Assembly: GCA_963742275.1 (NCBI GenBank)
Contig: CAVUKU010000003.1
Span: 111,866-175,865, forward strand
Reading direction: 5' to 3'
Source of the DNA: an uncultured Solirubrobacterales bacterium
Lineage (GTDB): Bacteria; Actinomycetota; Thermoleophilia; Solirubrobacterales; Solirubrobacteraceae
DNA length: 64,000 nt
The notes under the pieces are model-generated. The model made no database searches, was not told the DNA's origin, and worked only from the letters and a program-made list of their open reading frames with translations. Numbering within the stretch: position 1 is the stretch's first letter; each line of letters opens with the position of its first letter. The position numbers were made by a program, and so were the translations under genes. Below are positions 19,374 through 28,857 of this stretch, one piece after another.

Positions 19374-19378
19374 TGGTC

Positions 19379-19684
19379 ATGGCAGTCTCCGCCACGGAGG
19401 GTTCAGGCGTGCGGATCAGTCGAAGCCCCCAGGTTGCCCTTGGCCGAGCAGAAATCGGGCTCACGCAGGAGTCCCTGGCCGACGCCGCCGATCTCGACGC
19501 CACCTCCATCCGCGGCCTTGAGCGTGGCGTCGCCAATCCGACCTGGGACGTAGCCGACCGCATTGCACGAGCTCTGGGGCTCGCTCTGCATGAGCTCGCC
19601 CGCAGGGCCGACGACCTGGAGACCAGAGACCGCCGACCGACCAACCGGCCGCTGGCACCTGAGCATCCCCGGCAGAAGCGCTAA
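19379..19684 (+). CDS. XRE-family HTH regulator
   Basis: LTQESLADAADLDATSIRGLERGVANPTW..RIARALG. Confidence 0.8.
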   Translation: MAVSATEGSGVRISRSPQVALGRAEIGLTQESLADAADLDATSIRGLERGVANPTWDVADRIARALGLALHELARRADDLETRDRRPTNRPLAPEHPRQKR

Positions 19685-19893
19685 CGCGCTGTCGGTCAAG
19701 AAGCTGACCGGCCCCACCGGCGCGCGGTCGTGGACCGAGCGTAGCGCTGAGGGCGTAGCTGTTCCCGCCTCGCCAACCAAGCTGAGACCATGCCCCGGAC
19801 CCGCCACTGGGCCATCCATGCACAGCTGGTCGGTCAGCGCATTCGTGGCGCTCGCGAAGACCCACTGCGAGGGCTGCCCCTAGGCTGCCCATT

Positions 19894-20252
19894 CGAGCGT
19901 TTTTTGAGGGCACCTGAGAGCACCTGACGTTCCCGAAAACCGCTTAGTTCGGCGGAGAGCAGCGTATTCCAACGCACTGCAAAGCCGTCTACACCGGTTC
20001 GATTCCGGTCGTCGCCTTGAAAAAGCCCTGCAAATCGGCACTTTTTGCCTTGGTCGCTGCGCACACGACCATCTACGCTCCCAGGACTCTCCCAAAAGGC
20101 CGTCTACACGGCTCGATTTTTGGGCCCATTTGCAGGGGATTTGTTCGGCACCCAACTCGTCGATTCCAGTGCCGCGCCAAAAAGCCGTTGACGGTGGCCA
20201 TTAGGCAAAGGATCATCGGCCGGAGGTAGTCGGCGAGCGCTTGCTTGTCGTC
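19894..20252 (+). repeat. att junction copy 1 (~360-bp imperfect direct repeat) containing a tRNA-Cys 3' fragment at 19977-20017
   Basis: CTGCAAAGCCGTCTACACCGGTTCGATTCCGGTCGTCGCCT = anticodon loop (GCA), T-arm, acceptor 3' strand and U discriminator; flanks align with 24816-25172. Confidence 0.9.
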
Positions 20253-20556
20253 CCAGCAAGCGCGTTCGGTGCTGCGGGTTGCGCTTTCGCAGACTGCATG
20301 CAAGCAGGAGTCAGGAATCGTGATCGCCGCCGCCTGATTCCAGACCGCCGGCTACGAGAAACCCAGGTCAGATCAGTTGCTGGTCGAGGACCCGCCGGCC
20401 GATCCAGGCCTACGTGCGCCCGGAGACGCTGCTCACTGATGGCGACGTTCGAGCCGCTCGACCGGATCGGCGAGATGAATCCGCCGCAACTCGCGTCGGA
20501 AGTCGCGTCCGCACCGGCCGGTATCGTGTGCTGCCCCAAATCTGGGAGCGTCGAGA

Positions 20557-22788
20557 ATGGACTTCAACACGATAGATCCCCAGGCAGTCCATCTCCTGGC
20601 TCAGTACCGGCCGTTTGAGGATGGGTCGGCGGATATGCACGCCGCTCACGACGACCTTGTCGCTGCCGCCATTCAAACCAACGGGGGGCAGTTCGCGAAC
20701 CTAGAGGAATGCCGCAAGTTCGTCGAGCAACGCTTCTGCATCGAGCTAGAGCTGCAGGAGGTGCGCGAGGCCCGCGACAGGCTTATAGCTGAGGGGCGAG
20801 CGGTCAAGGTCGGCGGAGGGATCGAGCTAACGGAGGACGCCGGGGCGTCGCTGGACAGCGAGCGGATCGCGTGGGAAGAGGCTCGCGGAACCGCATTCGT
20901 CGAGTGGGAGGTCGCGATCCGCCGCTCTTTCCCGACGATGTCTGACGAGCACATCTCGACACTTAAGGACCAAGTTGGCCCGTGGCTCGACCGAGTGGTC
21001 GCCACGCACGGGGCTGAGACAAGTCTTCTGCTTTACCCGGCTCACCCGAAGGCTCCTGCCTTGATCGCGGCCATCGAAAAGATCGATCTTGGATTTCTGC
21101 CGCGATGCGACGAGGATCTGGAACGTCAGAGGGCGGCCGCGTTCAGGCTGCTAGTGCGTAACCCCACCGAGGCGCAGAGTGAGTATCTCGGGCGCCTACT
21201 CAATACCGGATTCTACCTCACCGTGATGACACTGGACCCCCGAGTGGAAGAACTAGCGCGTGCAGAGGCGAGCAAGGTCACACTTTACCTGGATACCAAC
21301 TTCTTGTACTCGGTCTTGGGCGTCGGGAGCGCGAAGGAGGCATTTGCTGCGCGACGGTTCCTCGACCTCTGCAGAGAGCTTGGCGTGACACTCCGCATCT
21401 CGCCCTGGACAGCAGACGAGCTGAGGACGAGCATCAGAAGCAATCGCCAAGACGTAGAACGCTATGCCCAGTCCCGAAAGGTTGCGGCGGTCATGGCCCA
21501 AGTTACCGGGGAGAAGGGCTTCGAGGCTGCCTATTGGCGCACAGCGAGTGAATCCGGCGAGGGGGCCGAGTCATTTTTCGGGAAGTTCGCTCACTTCGAA
21601 CGGTTCTTGGAAGGCCTCGGAATTCAGGAGCATCCCGAGGGGGTGCCTGAGATCGAAGCGGATATTTCCGGGATCCGCGACTACTCGTCTCCACTGGAGG
21701 GGATGTACGGGCCAGGCAGTCGCCCACGTATCGTCATCGAGCACGACGCGAAGATGCGGATGCTCATCGAGCATCTCCGGGGCAAACACAAGCCGCCGGC
21801 GGGGTACACAGACGTTCGCTATTGGTTTGTCACCGAGAGCACGCGACTACCTACCTACGCGCGTCTCGGGATCGGTGGTGGACCGCGAGCGAGCTTCCCA
21901 TTCTGCATCCTCTCATCGACGGAGGCTCAGCTCCTGCGCGCGATGGTGCCGCGAACGTCTGACCTGAACGAGATGGTCGCAGCACTACTCGCCTCCCCAT
22001 TTGTCGGGTATAGATCTGCGCTTGGGGGCGAGGCACAGCTAGCAGCCCTTGAGCGGATCACCCGATCGATCGACTCACTGAAGGACGTGCCGCCCGCCGT
22101 TGCCATCGCGGTCGTGAATGACAAGGCAATGGCGACAAAGATTGGCGAGGAGGCCGATCCGGTCGTCATCCAACAGATGATCGAGGAGGCGATCACAGCT
22201 AAGGCTGCCGAACTCCAAGCCCAGCTTGACTCGGCTGCACAGCGGATCACCGACGCAGAACGTGTTCGCGAGCGGGCCCGAGCCGACAGGCTTGCGGCGG
22301 AGCAGGAGGCAGAGCGCCTGAGGATCGAGCGGGATCACGCCGTTGCTGATGCCCAGCGCAACGTGATCGAACTAGAGGCCGCCCGAGGCAGCCACGACGA
22401 TGAGTCTGAGGCTCTGCGCGAAGAGGTAAAGCAAGTCAAGAAGCGCCTTGATGACACCGAGGCCGAAAGGCGGGCGGATCGCGAAAAGCGCCGTCGTCGA
22501 AGCCGCAACGTCGCGGCGGTTCTCGGTTGTGTGGTGATCGATGGAATTGGTGCTTCGCTCATCGCAACCTCGATGATCTCGGGCGCAGTGGGCGATGTTG
22601 TGACGATCGCCGTCATGGCGGTCGCCATCTATTTCGCTCTGCGCATGATCTCCAAGCGCCTCGCCGTCGAGGTGATCGCGGTTATCGGGGTCGTCTCGGC
22701 GGTCGTGACGGTTGCGAGCCTCCTGGTTGCTTCCGACGGAGGCGCCAAAGCTAAGCCGTCGGCCGTCGAATCGACGGTGGGACACTAG
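20557..22788 (+). CDS. PIN-like domain protein with coiled coil and C-terminal transmembrane helices (putative defence protein)
   Basis: LYLDTNFLYS..., TADEL, IEHDA, YWFVTE acidic PIN pattern; E/R/A-rich coiled coil; three hydrophobic C-terminal segments. Confidence 0.7.
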   Translation: MDFNTIDPQAVHLLAQYRPFEDGSADMHAAHDDLVAAAIQTNGGQFANLEECRKFVEQRFCIELELQEVREARDRLIAEGRAVKVGGGIELTEDAGASLDSERIAWEEARGTAFVEWEVAIRRSFPTMSDEHISTLKDQVGPWLDRVVATHGAETSLLLYPAHPKAPALIAAIEKIDLGFLPRCDEDLERQRAAAFRLLVRNPTEAQSEYLGRLLNTGFYLTVMTLDPRVEELARAEASKVTLYLDTNFLYSVLGVGSAKEAFAARRFLDLCRELGVTLRISPWTADELRTSIRSNRQDVERYAQSRKVAAVMAQVTGEKGFEAAYWRTASESGEGAESFFGKFAHFERFLEGLGIQEHPEGVPEIEADISGIRDYSSPLEGMYGPGSRPRIVIEHDAKMRMLIEHLRGKHKPPAGYTDVRYWFVTESTRLPTYARLGIGGGPRASFPFCILSSTEAQLLRAMVPRTSDLNEMVAALLASPFVGYRSALGGEAQLAALERITRSIDSLKDVPPAVAIAVVNDKAMATKIGEEADPVVIQQMIEEAITAKAAELQAQLDSAAQRITDAERVRERARADRLAAEQEAERLRIERDHAVADAQRNVIELEAARGSHDDESEALREEVKQVKKRLDDTEAERRADREKRRRRSRNVAAVLGCVVIDGIGASLIATSMISGAVGDVVTIAVMAVAIYFALRMISKRLAVEVIAVIGVVSAVVTVASLLVASDGGAKAKPSAVESTVGH

Positions 22789-22887
22789 CCACATCCCGGA
22801 GAAAGTCCGGCCCGAGAGCAAGTCGCCCTGAGAGTCAGGTTCGTGGACTGTCCTGTGTTCGGCGACCTGTCGCCAGCGCAATGCCGC

Positions 22888-23343
22888 TCAGTGCGGCAGA
22901 TAGACAACATCTTGGGGACCGCAGGTGCCCCCGGCCGAGCACGCGTTGTAGTCGGACTCTTCTGTGAAGGGCCCCTTCCAAGTCGTTCCGCCGCCGGTCC
23001 CTGAGACGTAGGCCGGGCGGTAGGGATAGCCGCAGAAGTAGAACCCCATACGACCGCCGCACACCCACCAGCGGCCGTCAATGAGTACCGGCCCGGCGTC
23101 GCCGGTGGCGGCCCCGTCCGCGGTCAGGTTGATGTGCTTGGCGTGTGGGTTGATGGCGCCGGCAAGAATTGTCCGGGCCCGCGCGCATGACATGTGCCAC
23201 GGATAGATCGCGTCCTTGCCGTAAAAGCCTTTGGCCGCGTAGCCGCAGCGCTTGACCGTGACCGTCGTCAGTGCGGACGCTGCGCCTACGCCCATCATCA
23301 GTAACGCGAAAGCGATCAAGATGCACCGCCATCCCCTGAACAT
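22888..23343 (-). CDS. Small secreted Cys-rich hypothetical protein
   Basis: Signal peptide ILIAFALLMMGVGAASA; six Cys in the mature part. Confidence 0.6.
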   Translation of the reverse strand: MFRGWRCILIAFALLMMGVGAASALTTVTVKRCGYAAKGFYGKDAIYPWHMSCARARTILAGAINPHAKHINLTADGAATGDAGPVLIDGRWWVCGGRMGFYFCGYPYRPAYVSGTGGGTTWKGPFTEESDYNACSAGGTCGPQDVVYLPH

Positions 23344-23740
23344 GCGCGCGAGCCTAACACGAATCGCTGTCGTTCGACAGCGGCTTCGGCGCGCGACCGC
23401 ATCGGCGACGTCTCGATGGTGCCGATCACCGGCACCACATGAGCGCCCCACCGCGTTTTCACTCGCCCTGCGCGCCCGAAGGTCGACTGCCGCGATACTC
23501 GCGGAAACACCGAAGCAGGACCCATCCGGGTCGGCACACGCAGCCTTGAGTTTCGCCACAAGCAGGGGACTCGGGACAACCGCATTCCTGCCGCAAGCGG
23601 GAGCCCAACACCGAGACGATGACTGTGCCGCCCTGGACGAACACCAGCAGTCTGTCTGGGTCCTCGTTCGCTCCCGCTCCTTGGCAGGGCAGACGAGCGA
23701 TGGACGTCTGACGGCACCGGTGGGTCAGCGCAGGTGGCAG

Positions 23741-24322
23741 TCAGAGGCTCAGCGAGCGGCGTGCCTTGTCAGCCAGAGAGGGCGCGCCAGCGCGCTCGAT
23801 CGCGGCGAGTAGATCCTCAATGGGTCTTCCTCCTGCCCAGCTGCCTGCCTGCAACTCCAAAATGTCGAGTATGCCCCGAGCGTCGGCGTCAAATGCAGGA
23901 GCGAGGAACTCGTCAGGAGTGAGAACTTCGACGCCAAAACGTCGCAGGCCCTCGCGCAAGTAGCCACGGTCGTGCGTGAAGAGATAGTGAGCACCCGAGG
24001 CTACCGCCAGAGCGCACACGTGGTGATCTGCAGGATCGGTGGTCAGGCTGCCGAGATCGACGGCCGACGGCGCCTCCTCGAGGCTGGTGTTCCCGCTGGG
24101 GAATCCCTGCGGAAGGTAGTCGACCCATCGCTGGGCCACCTCGACGGCCAATCCCTTCTTCTCGATCAGTGATCTCCTCGCCTCGCCCAGCAGCTCCTCG
24201 CTCCAGACAAGATCCAGCAGACGCAGTTCGCTCGCGATGCGTCCCAGCAACTCGTGAAGTACTCGCGAGTAGATGATGTCGCTATCGAGGACCGCACGTG
24301 GTGGCCTGTTCGGCTTACTCAA
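23741..24322 (-). CDS. PIN-domain toxin (PIN_3/VapC-like)
   Basis: AVLDSDIIY, WSEELLGE, DPADHHVCALAV, YLFTHD, VLTPDEFL; TTG start overlaps the upstream stop. Confidence 0.85.
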   Translation of the reverse strand: MSKPNRPPRAVLDSDIIYSRVLHELLGRIASELRLLDLVWSEELLGEARRSLIEKKGLAVEVAQRWVDYLPQGFPSGNTSLEEAPSAVDLGSLTTDPADHHVCALAVASGAHYLFTHDRGYLREGLRRFGVEVLTPDEFLAPAFDADARGILDILELQAGSWAGGRPIEDLLAAIERAGAPSLADKARRSLSL

Positions 24323-24659
24323 GCGGCGCGCCCATCGCGTCGAGGTCGCGCGACCATTTGTCGGTGAGCCCGCGGGCTCGGTCACGGCGCTCCTCGAAGG
24401 CGAGCAACGAGGCGAACGGAATCTTCCAGTAGCTCGACCCGGGTAGCTTCTGTGCCTGAAGCTCGCCGTAGCCGATGAGTCGAACGACGTGCTGGCGGGA
24501 GAACCCAAGCCGATCCGCCGCCTGCTGGGGCGAGAGCAGCTCCTGCTCCTCGGCCACCGTCACCGCGATCCGCTTTCCCTCGCCGAGCAATCTGTCGATC
24601 TCGTCGGCCACAAGCGCCACCTGATCACTAGCAGCCGGATCAAGGTGCAGAGTCTTCAT
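24315..24659 (-). CDS. Excisionase-like HTH (HTH_17) protein, likely antitoxin
   Basis: ELLSPQQAADRLGFSRQHVVRLI..GEL; directly upstream of the PIN gene. Confidence 0.82.
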   Translation of the reverse strand: MKTLHLDPAASDQVALVADEIDRLLGEGKRIAVTVAEEQELLSPQQAADRLGFSRQHVVRLIGYGELQAQKLPGSSYWKIPFASLLAFEERRDRARGLTDKWSRDLDAMGAPLE

Positions 24660-24815
24660 CTCCCGCCGCACAATAGCACAACCTGTCCTACCTGCTCATG
24701 CCAACCTGATGACCGAGGAGCAACGGAACAAGATCTGGGGCACAAACGCACGCGCCTCGTGTTGGTATCCGACCCAGCTCCCGTGTCCCGCCACTCTCCC
24801 ATAACTCTCCCAGCA

Positions 24816-25172
24816 CGAGCGTTTTTTGAGGGCACCTGAGAGCGCCTGAGGTCCCCGAGAACCGCTCAGGTAAGCGGAGAGCACCGTTTTTCCGACACCC
24901 TGCAAAGCCGTCTACACCGGTTCGATTCCGGTCGTCGCCTTGAAAACTCCCTGCAAATCGGCACCTTTTGGCCAGTCCACTGCGCAGACGATCGTCTACT
25001 CTCCCGGAACTCTCCCAAAAAGCCGTCTACACGGCTCGATTTTTGTGCCCATTTGCAGGGGATTTGTCTGGCGCCCGACTCATCGATTCCGGTGCTGGGC
25101 CAAAAGCCGTTGACGGTTGCCGTTGGCAAAGGGATCGTCGGCCGACGTCGGCGGGCGCGCTTGCTTGTCGTC
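24816..25172 (+). repeat. att junction copy 2 containing a tRNA-Cys 3' fragment at 24900-24940
   Basis: Same 41-bp core as copy 1; flanks collinear with 19894-20252; cut on the right by IS1182. Confidence 0.9.
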
Positions 25173-25174
25173 GT

Positions 25175-26840
25175 GGGTGTCGCGCAAACCTCCGGTCTGT
25201 CCGAGCGGTTTTGGACTATTCTGGGTATGCCCTAGAACTTTCTTGAGTGTGATCGTGAGCAGGTGTTTTTGATGCCGCCGGACTCGCGGGATTGGCTGCC
25301 GGAGGGTCATTTGGCGTGGTTCGTGTTGGCGTCGGTTGATGAGATGGATCTCGCGGTGTTCTGTGGCTTCTACCGCCAGGATGGGTGGGGCCGCGCGGCG
25401 TTCGAGCTTTCGATGATGGTGGCACTGCTTTTGTACGCCTATGCGCGGGGTGAGCGATCCTCAAGGGGGATCGAGCGTTGCTGCGTGGAGGACGTCGCCT
25501 ACTGGGTGATCGCTGCTCAGCGGACGCCCGATCACGCGACGATCGCGTGGTTTCGCGTGCGCCACGAGGAAGCCCTCGCGGGCCTGTTCAGCGAGGTGCT
25601 GGGGCTCTGTCGGGAGTCGGGGCTCGTGAAGGTGGGGCTGATCGCGATCGACGGCACGAAGCGGTGCATGCAAACGCCTCGCATCACTCAAACCTCGACT
25701 ACGAGCAGCTCGCCCGCGAGATCCTGAAGGAGGCGGGCGAGGTCGACGCTTGCGAGGATGAGCTCTATGGCGAGGCGCGCGGCGATGAGCTGCCCGAGTA
25801 CCTGAGAACCCACGAGGGCCGACGCGCTGCGCTGCGCGAAGCCAAGGAGAAGCTCGCGCGGGAGCGTGCAGGCATAGAGAACACGAAGGTGAAGGTGCCT
25901 GACACGCAATCGCAGAGTGTGAAGCTCGTACTTGATCCCGAGGTGATCGTCGCCCGGATGCACGGGCGTCAGGGGTGGGTGCGCGAGGCGCGCTACCAGC
26001 TCGATGAGCATCGCCGCTTGGCGGCCGATCCGATCCCGCGCTCGCGCTCGGAGCGCTTGCTTGAGTGCGAGCGTCGCCTACAGGAGAACCTGCGCGTCGA
26101 GCGCGAGGCCAACGAGGCCTACGAGCATCACCGCGCGACTGCCGTGACCAAGGACGGCCGGCGGTTCGGAGCGCGCCCGAACCCTACGTCGCGCCGGAGG
26201 TGCCGCCGGGGAAGATCAACGTGACCGATCTCGATTCACGCAACGTCAAGACGCCGCGCAGCTACACCCAGGGCTACAACGCCCAGGCCGCCGTGAATGA
26301 GCATCAGATCGTCTTGGCGGCTGAGGTCACGCTCACCTCACCAGACTTCGGGCAGCTCGAGCCGATGATCAAGGCCACCCGACGCGAGCTAGAGCAGATC
26401 GGTGTGAGCGAGGCGCCTGGGGTCGCCCTCGCGGACAGCGGCTACTGGCATGAGCAGCAGATGGACCGCGTCGTGAACATCGGCACCCAGGTCTTGATCC
26501 CGCCCGATGCCGGCAAGCACGACACACCGCGCCGCGGCTGGGATGGTGGCCGCTACGCCTTTATGCGCACCGTGCTCGCTGGTGACCACGGCGGCGGGCT
26601 TACCGAAAACGCAAGGCGATGGTCGAGCCCGTTTTCGCTCAAACCAAGCACAACCAGCACATCAACCAGTTCCAACGGCGAGGCAGATCCGCCCACGCTC
26701 GGAATGGCGGCTAATCACCGCGACACACAACCTGCTCAAGCACCACAAGCACCACATGGCCGCCCAGGCCGCCTGAAACGCCACCCGGGCCGCACCGACA
26801 CCCCACCAAGCCCCCAGAACCCGATACCTACAGCCGGACC
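25175..26840 (+). mobile_element. IS1182-family element, transposase pseudogene
   Basis: End GGGTGTCGCGCAAACC; MP*NFLECDREQ (premature TAG), DWLPEGHLAWFV, PDHATI, AIDGT, TDLDSR, QGYNAQ, ADSGY; frameshifts; right boundary approximate. Confidence 0.85.
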
Positions 26841-26844
26841 GAAC

Positions 26845-27281
26845 TCAGGGGGTCAGGCCACGCCGCCCGTCCTTCATCACCCCGCGCGCACGGTAGGCCT
26901 CATAAGCCTCGTTCGCGGCGCACTCGACAGCGAGTTCCTCCTCCAGTCGGCGTTTTGATTGCCGAAAGCGCTCAGGGCGCGAACGCGGGATTGGCTCGGC
27001 CTCGGCGGCACGTTTCTCATCGAAGCGACGTTTAGCCTCACGCAACCAGCCCCGCCGGCCCTGCTCGGTGGAAAGCTCCGGCGGCAGCTCCTCGCCGCGC
27101 TTGCCCCCATACTGCTCGTCCTCGAGCCGGTCAGCACAAACCACGCCAAGTGATCCTCCGGAAGCCACTCCCTCAGACTCGCCGGCAACAACAACTCCTG
27201 CTCACGGTCACAAGCAATGAAGCTCTGGGGCATACCAACATAGTCTTCAGCCCGCCGGACAGCACCCTTTACGCAACAGCC
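26845..27281 (-). mobile_element. IS1182-family remnant, internally deleted
   Basis: End GGCTGTTGCGTAAAGG; MPQSFIACDREQELLLP..WLPEDHLAWFVL joined directly to the EDEQYG..GEELP segment. Confidence 0.8.
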
Positions 27282-27446
27282 ACGAACGAGGGCAGCAGCA
27301 CGGCGCGGGGTGTGCTCGTGACTGAGTTGCCAGCGAAGCAGTCACCTGGGCCGAAGGAACTTCGGCAGCATTGACAAGTGGTTATCAAAATGATAGGTCG
27401 ATAGCCGACCGGCTGGCCGGTACCACAGGCGCAGGAGGGATCCCCC

Positions 27447-27821
27447 ATGAATGCATCCAACGACAACACCGGTGCGAAAGGTCTACGCGGGTGGTGGCTA
27501 TCTCCTCCGAGATCCGGCATGCGACGCTTGCTTGCGCCATTTGAGTACCGCCACGTCCGCGTCTTTGGGGTCACGCGTATTGTCGGCGGCGCTGTCGCCG
27601 CCGCCGCGGGCGTCGCGTGCCTCTCGTACGCCGTCTACGGATGGGCAGCCTTCTTCCTGGTTGTTGGGGCGCTGAATCTCGCGTGTGGCCAGCGATCGGG
27701 ACCGTGGCCCGCTTCGCACTTGGGCAGGGCGGGCAGTCACGCTGCCGCTGGCGATTCGCCCGTTCGTCGTCGCACGCTCGCACCCAAAGGCCAGACGCGG
27801 GCCAAGCGCCACGGCCGGTGA
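27447..27821 (+). CDS. Small membrane hypothetical protein (3' end possibly disrupted)
   Basis: AGGAGG SD; WWLSPPRSG..EYRH followed by two hydrophobic segments. Confidence 0.55.
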   Translation: MNASNDNTGAKGLRGWWLSPPRSGMRRLLAPFEYRHVRVFGVTRIVGGAVAAAAGVACLSYAVYGWAAFFLVVGALNLACGQRSGPWPASHLGRAGSHAAAGDSPVRRRTLAPKGQTRAKRHGR

Positions 27822-28280
27822 TGCCCCCCGTCACCGACACCCGTTCAGGAACCCTGATGAGTCTTGGGCAATACGCCAAGCCTGCATGGGCGCTGCCGAT
27901 GAAGTGGGAGGCGAACACGGACTCGGGCAAATGCGTGAACGCGAGCGTCAGCGCGGCCGTGGATCTCAGTGCTGGTTACGCCCAGGAGCAGGAGCGAACC
28001 GAGAGCCGGCGCGGACAGCCCTTCGTCGCCGGGCGACCACTCGGGCACTCGCATCCGTTGCGAAAGCGAGCATCCACTTTCGCGTCGAGGGCAGGGTTCC
28101 GTCCCCGTTGGCGGGATGCCCTTCGGGAACTGAACCAGGTCTCGGCCCGCCTGCCTCCCGAAGGTCGGTGCGGGCCAGCCACCGTTCGCATTCTCATATG
28201 GATCCGTGAGCCTCTCGTTCGGTGATAGCTGCTTGTCAGTCCAGCCCCAAGGAGATCCGGGTGTCTACTGACGAACGTAG

Positions 28281-28745
28281 TCAGGAGCCTAGGGTGGCGG
28301 GGGCGACCGAGACGGAGATGCCCTGCAGCGGTGGCAGGGTCTTGGCAGCGATCTGCTGCTGGGTTTGGGGCTGGAGCAGCTCCTCGACGGCGATATCGGC
28401 GAAGGGCTTCCCTTCGGTGCGGATTCCGCCGTCGACGGCCGGCGAGTCCATCGCGACGTCGCCGTAGTACGGTTCGGGCGCGTCCCACATCCGCAGGGCG
28501 TTATACAGGCGCAGCGGCTCGGCGAGCGAGCGCAAGCTGACGATGCGTCCGAGCGCCCACTCGATCCTGGCGTGGCTGGTCATCCGACCAGTGTCTCCCG
28601 AGCGCAGTTCGAACTGCGCATTGGCGCTGAGCTTCCACAGCGGTGAGAGTGTTCGCACGAGCATGAGCGCCTTGAGCAGTGCGCGATGCAGGTTGGCAAA
28701 CTCTCTCCGTGCTACGCAGCTGTCGGGCGCGCCGGCGGCTGGCAT
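28281..28745 (-). pseudogene. Probable frameshifted C-terminal part of the FRG gene
   Basis: Same strand, 113 bp downstream; the intervening DNA can be read through with two frameshifts, one at a T6 run. Confidence 0.4.
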
Positions 28746-28857
28746 GACGAGGTCGCGCCGGACGAGGTGGAAAAAACCTCGACGGGACCGATCGTGGAGA
28801 GTTCGTGGGGTGATTGCATGAACACCCTCAGGTAGAACGACAGGTGATCGATGCTCA

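Larger units (their letters stand above)
19977..24940 (+). mobile_element. Integrase-less 4.9-kb cassette between two tRNA-Cys att cores
   Basis: Identical 41-bp cores 4923 bp apart; ACTCTCCCA tandem arm-like sites at both inner ends. Confidence 0.75.

Noticed and set aside
19977-20017. Intact tRNA-Cys gene (also 24900-24940)
   Set aside because: Only the 3' half from the anticodon loop is present; upstream DNA has no D-arm or acceptor 5' strand, so these are att remnants
27850-27920. Hammerhead ribozyme suggested by CTGATGAG followed by a hairpin
   Set aside because: No GAAA core after the stem and no closing stems found
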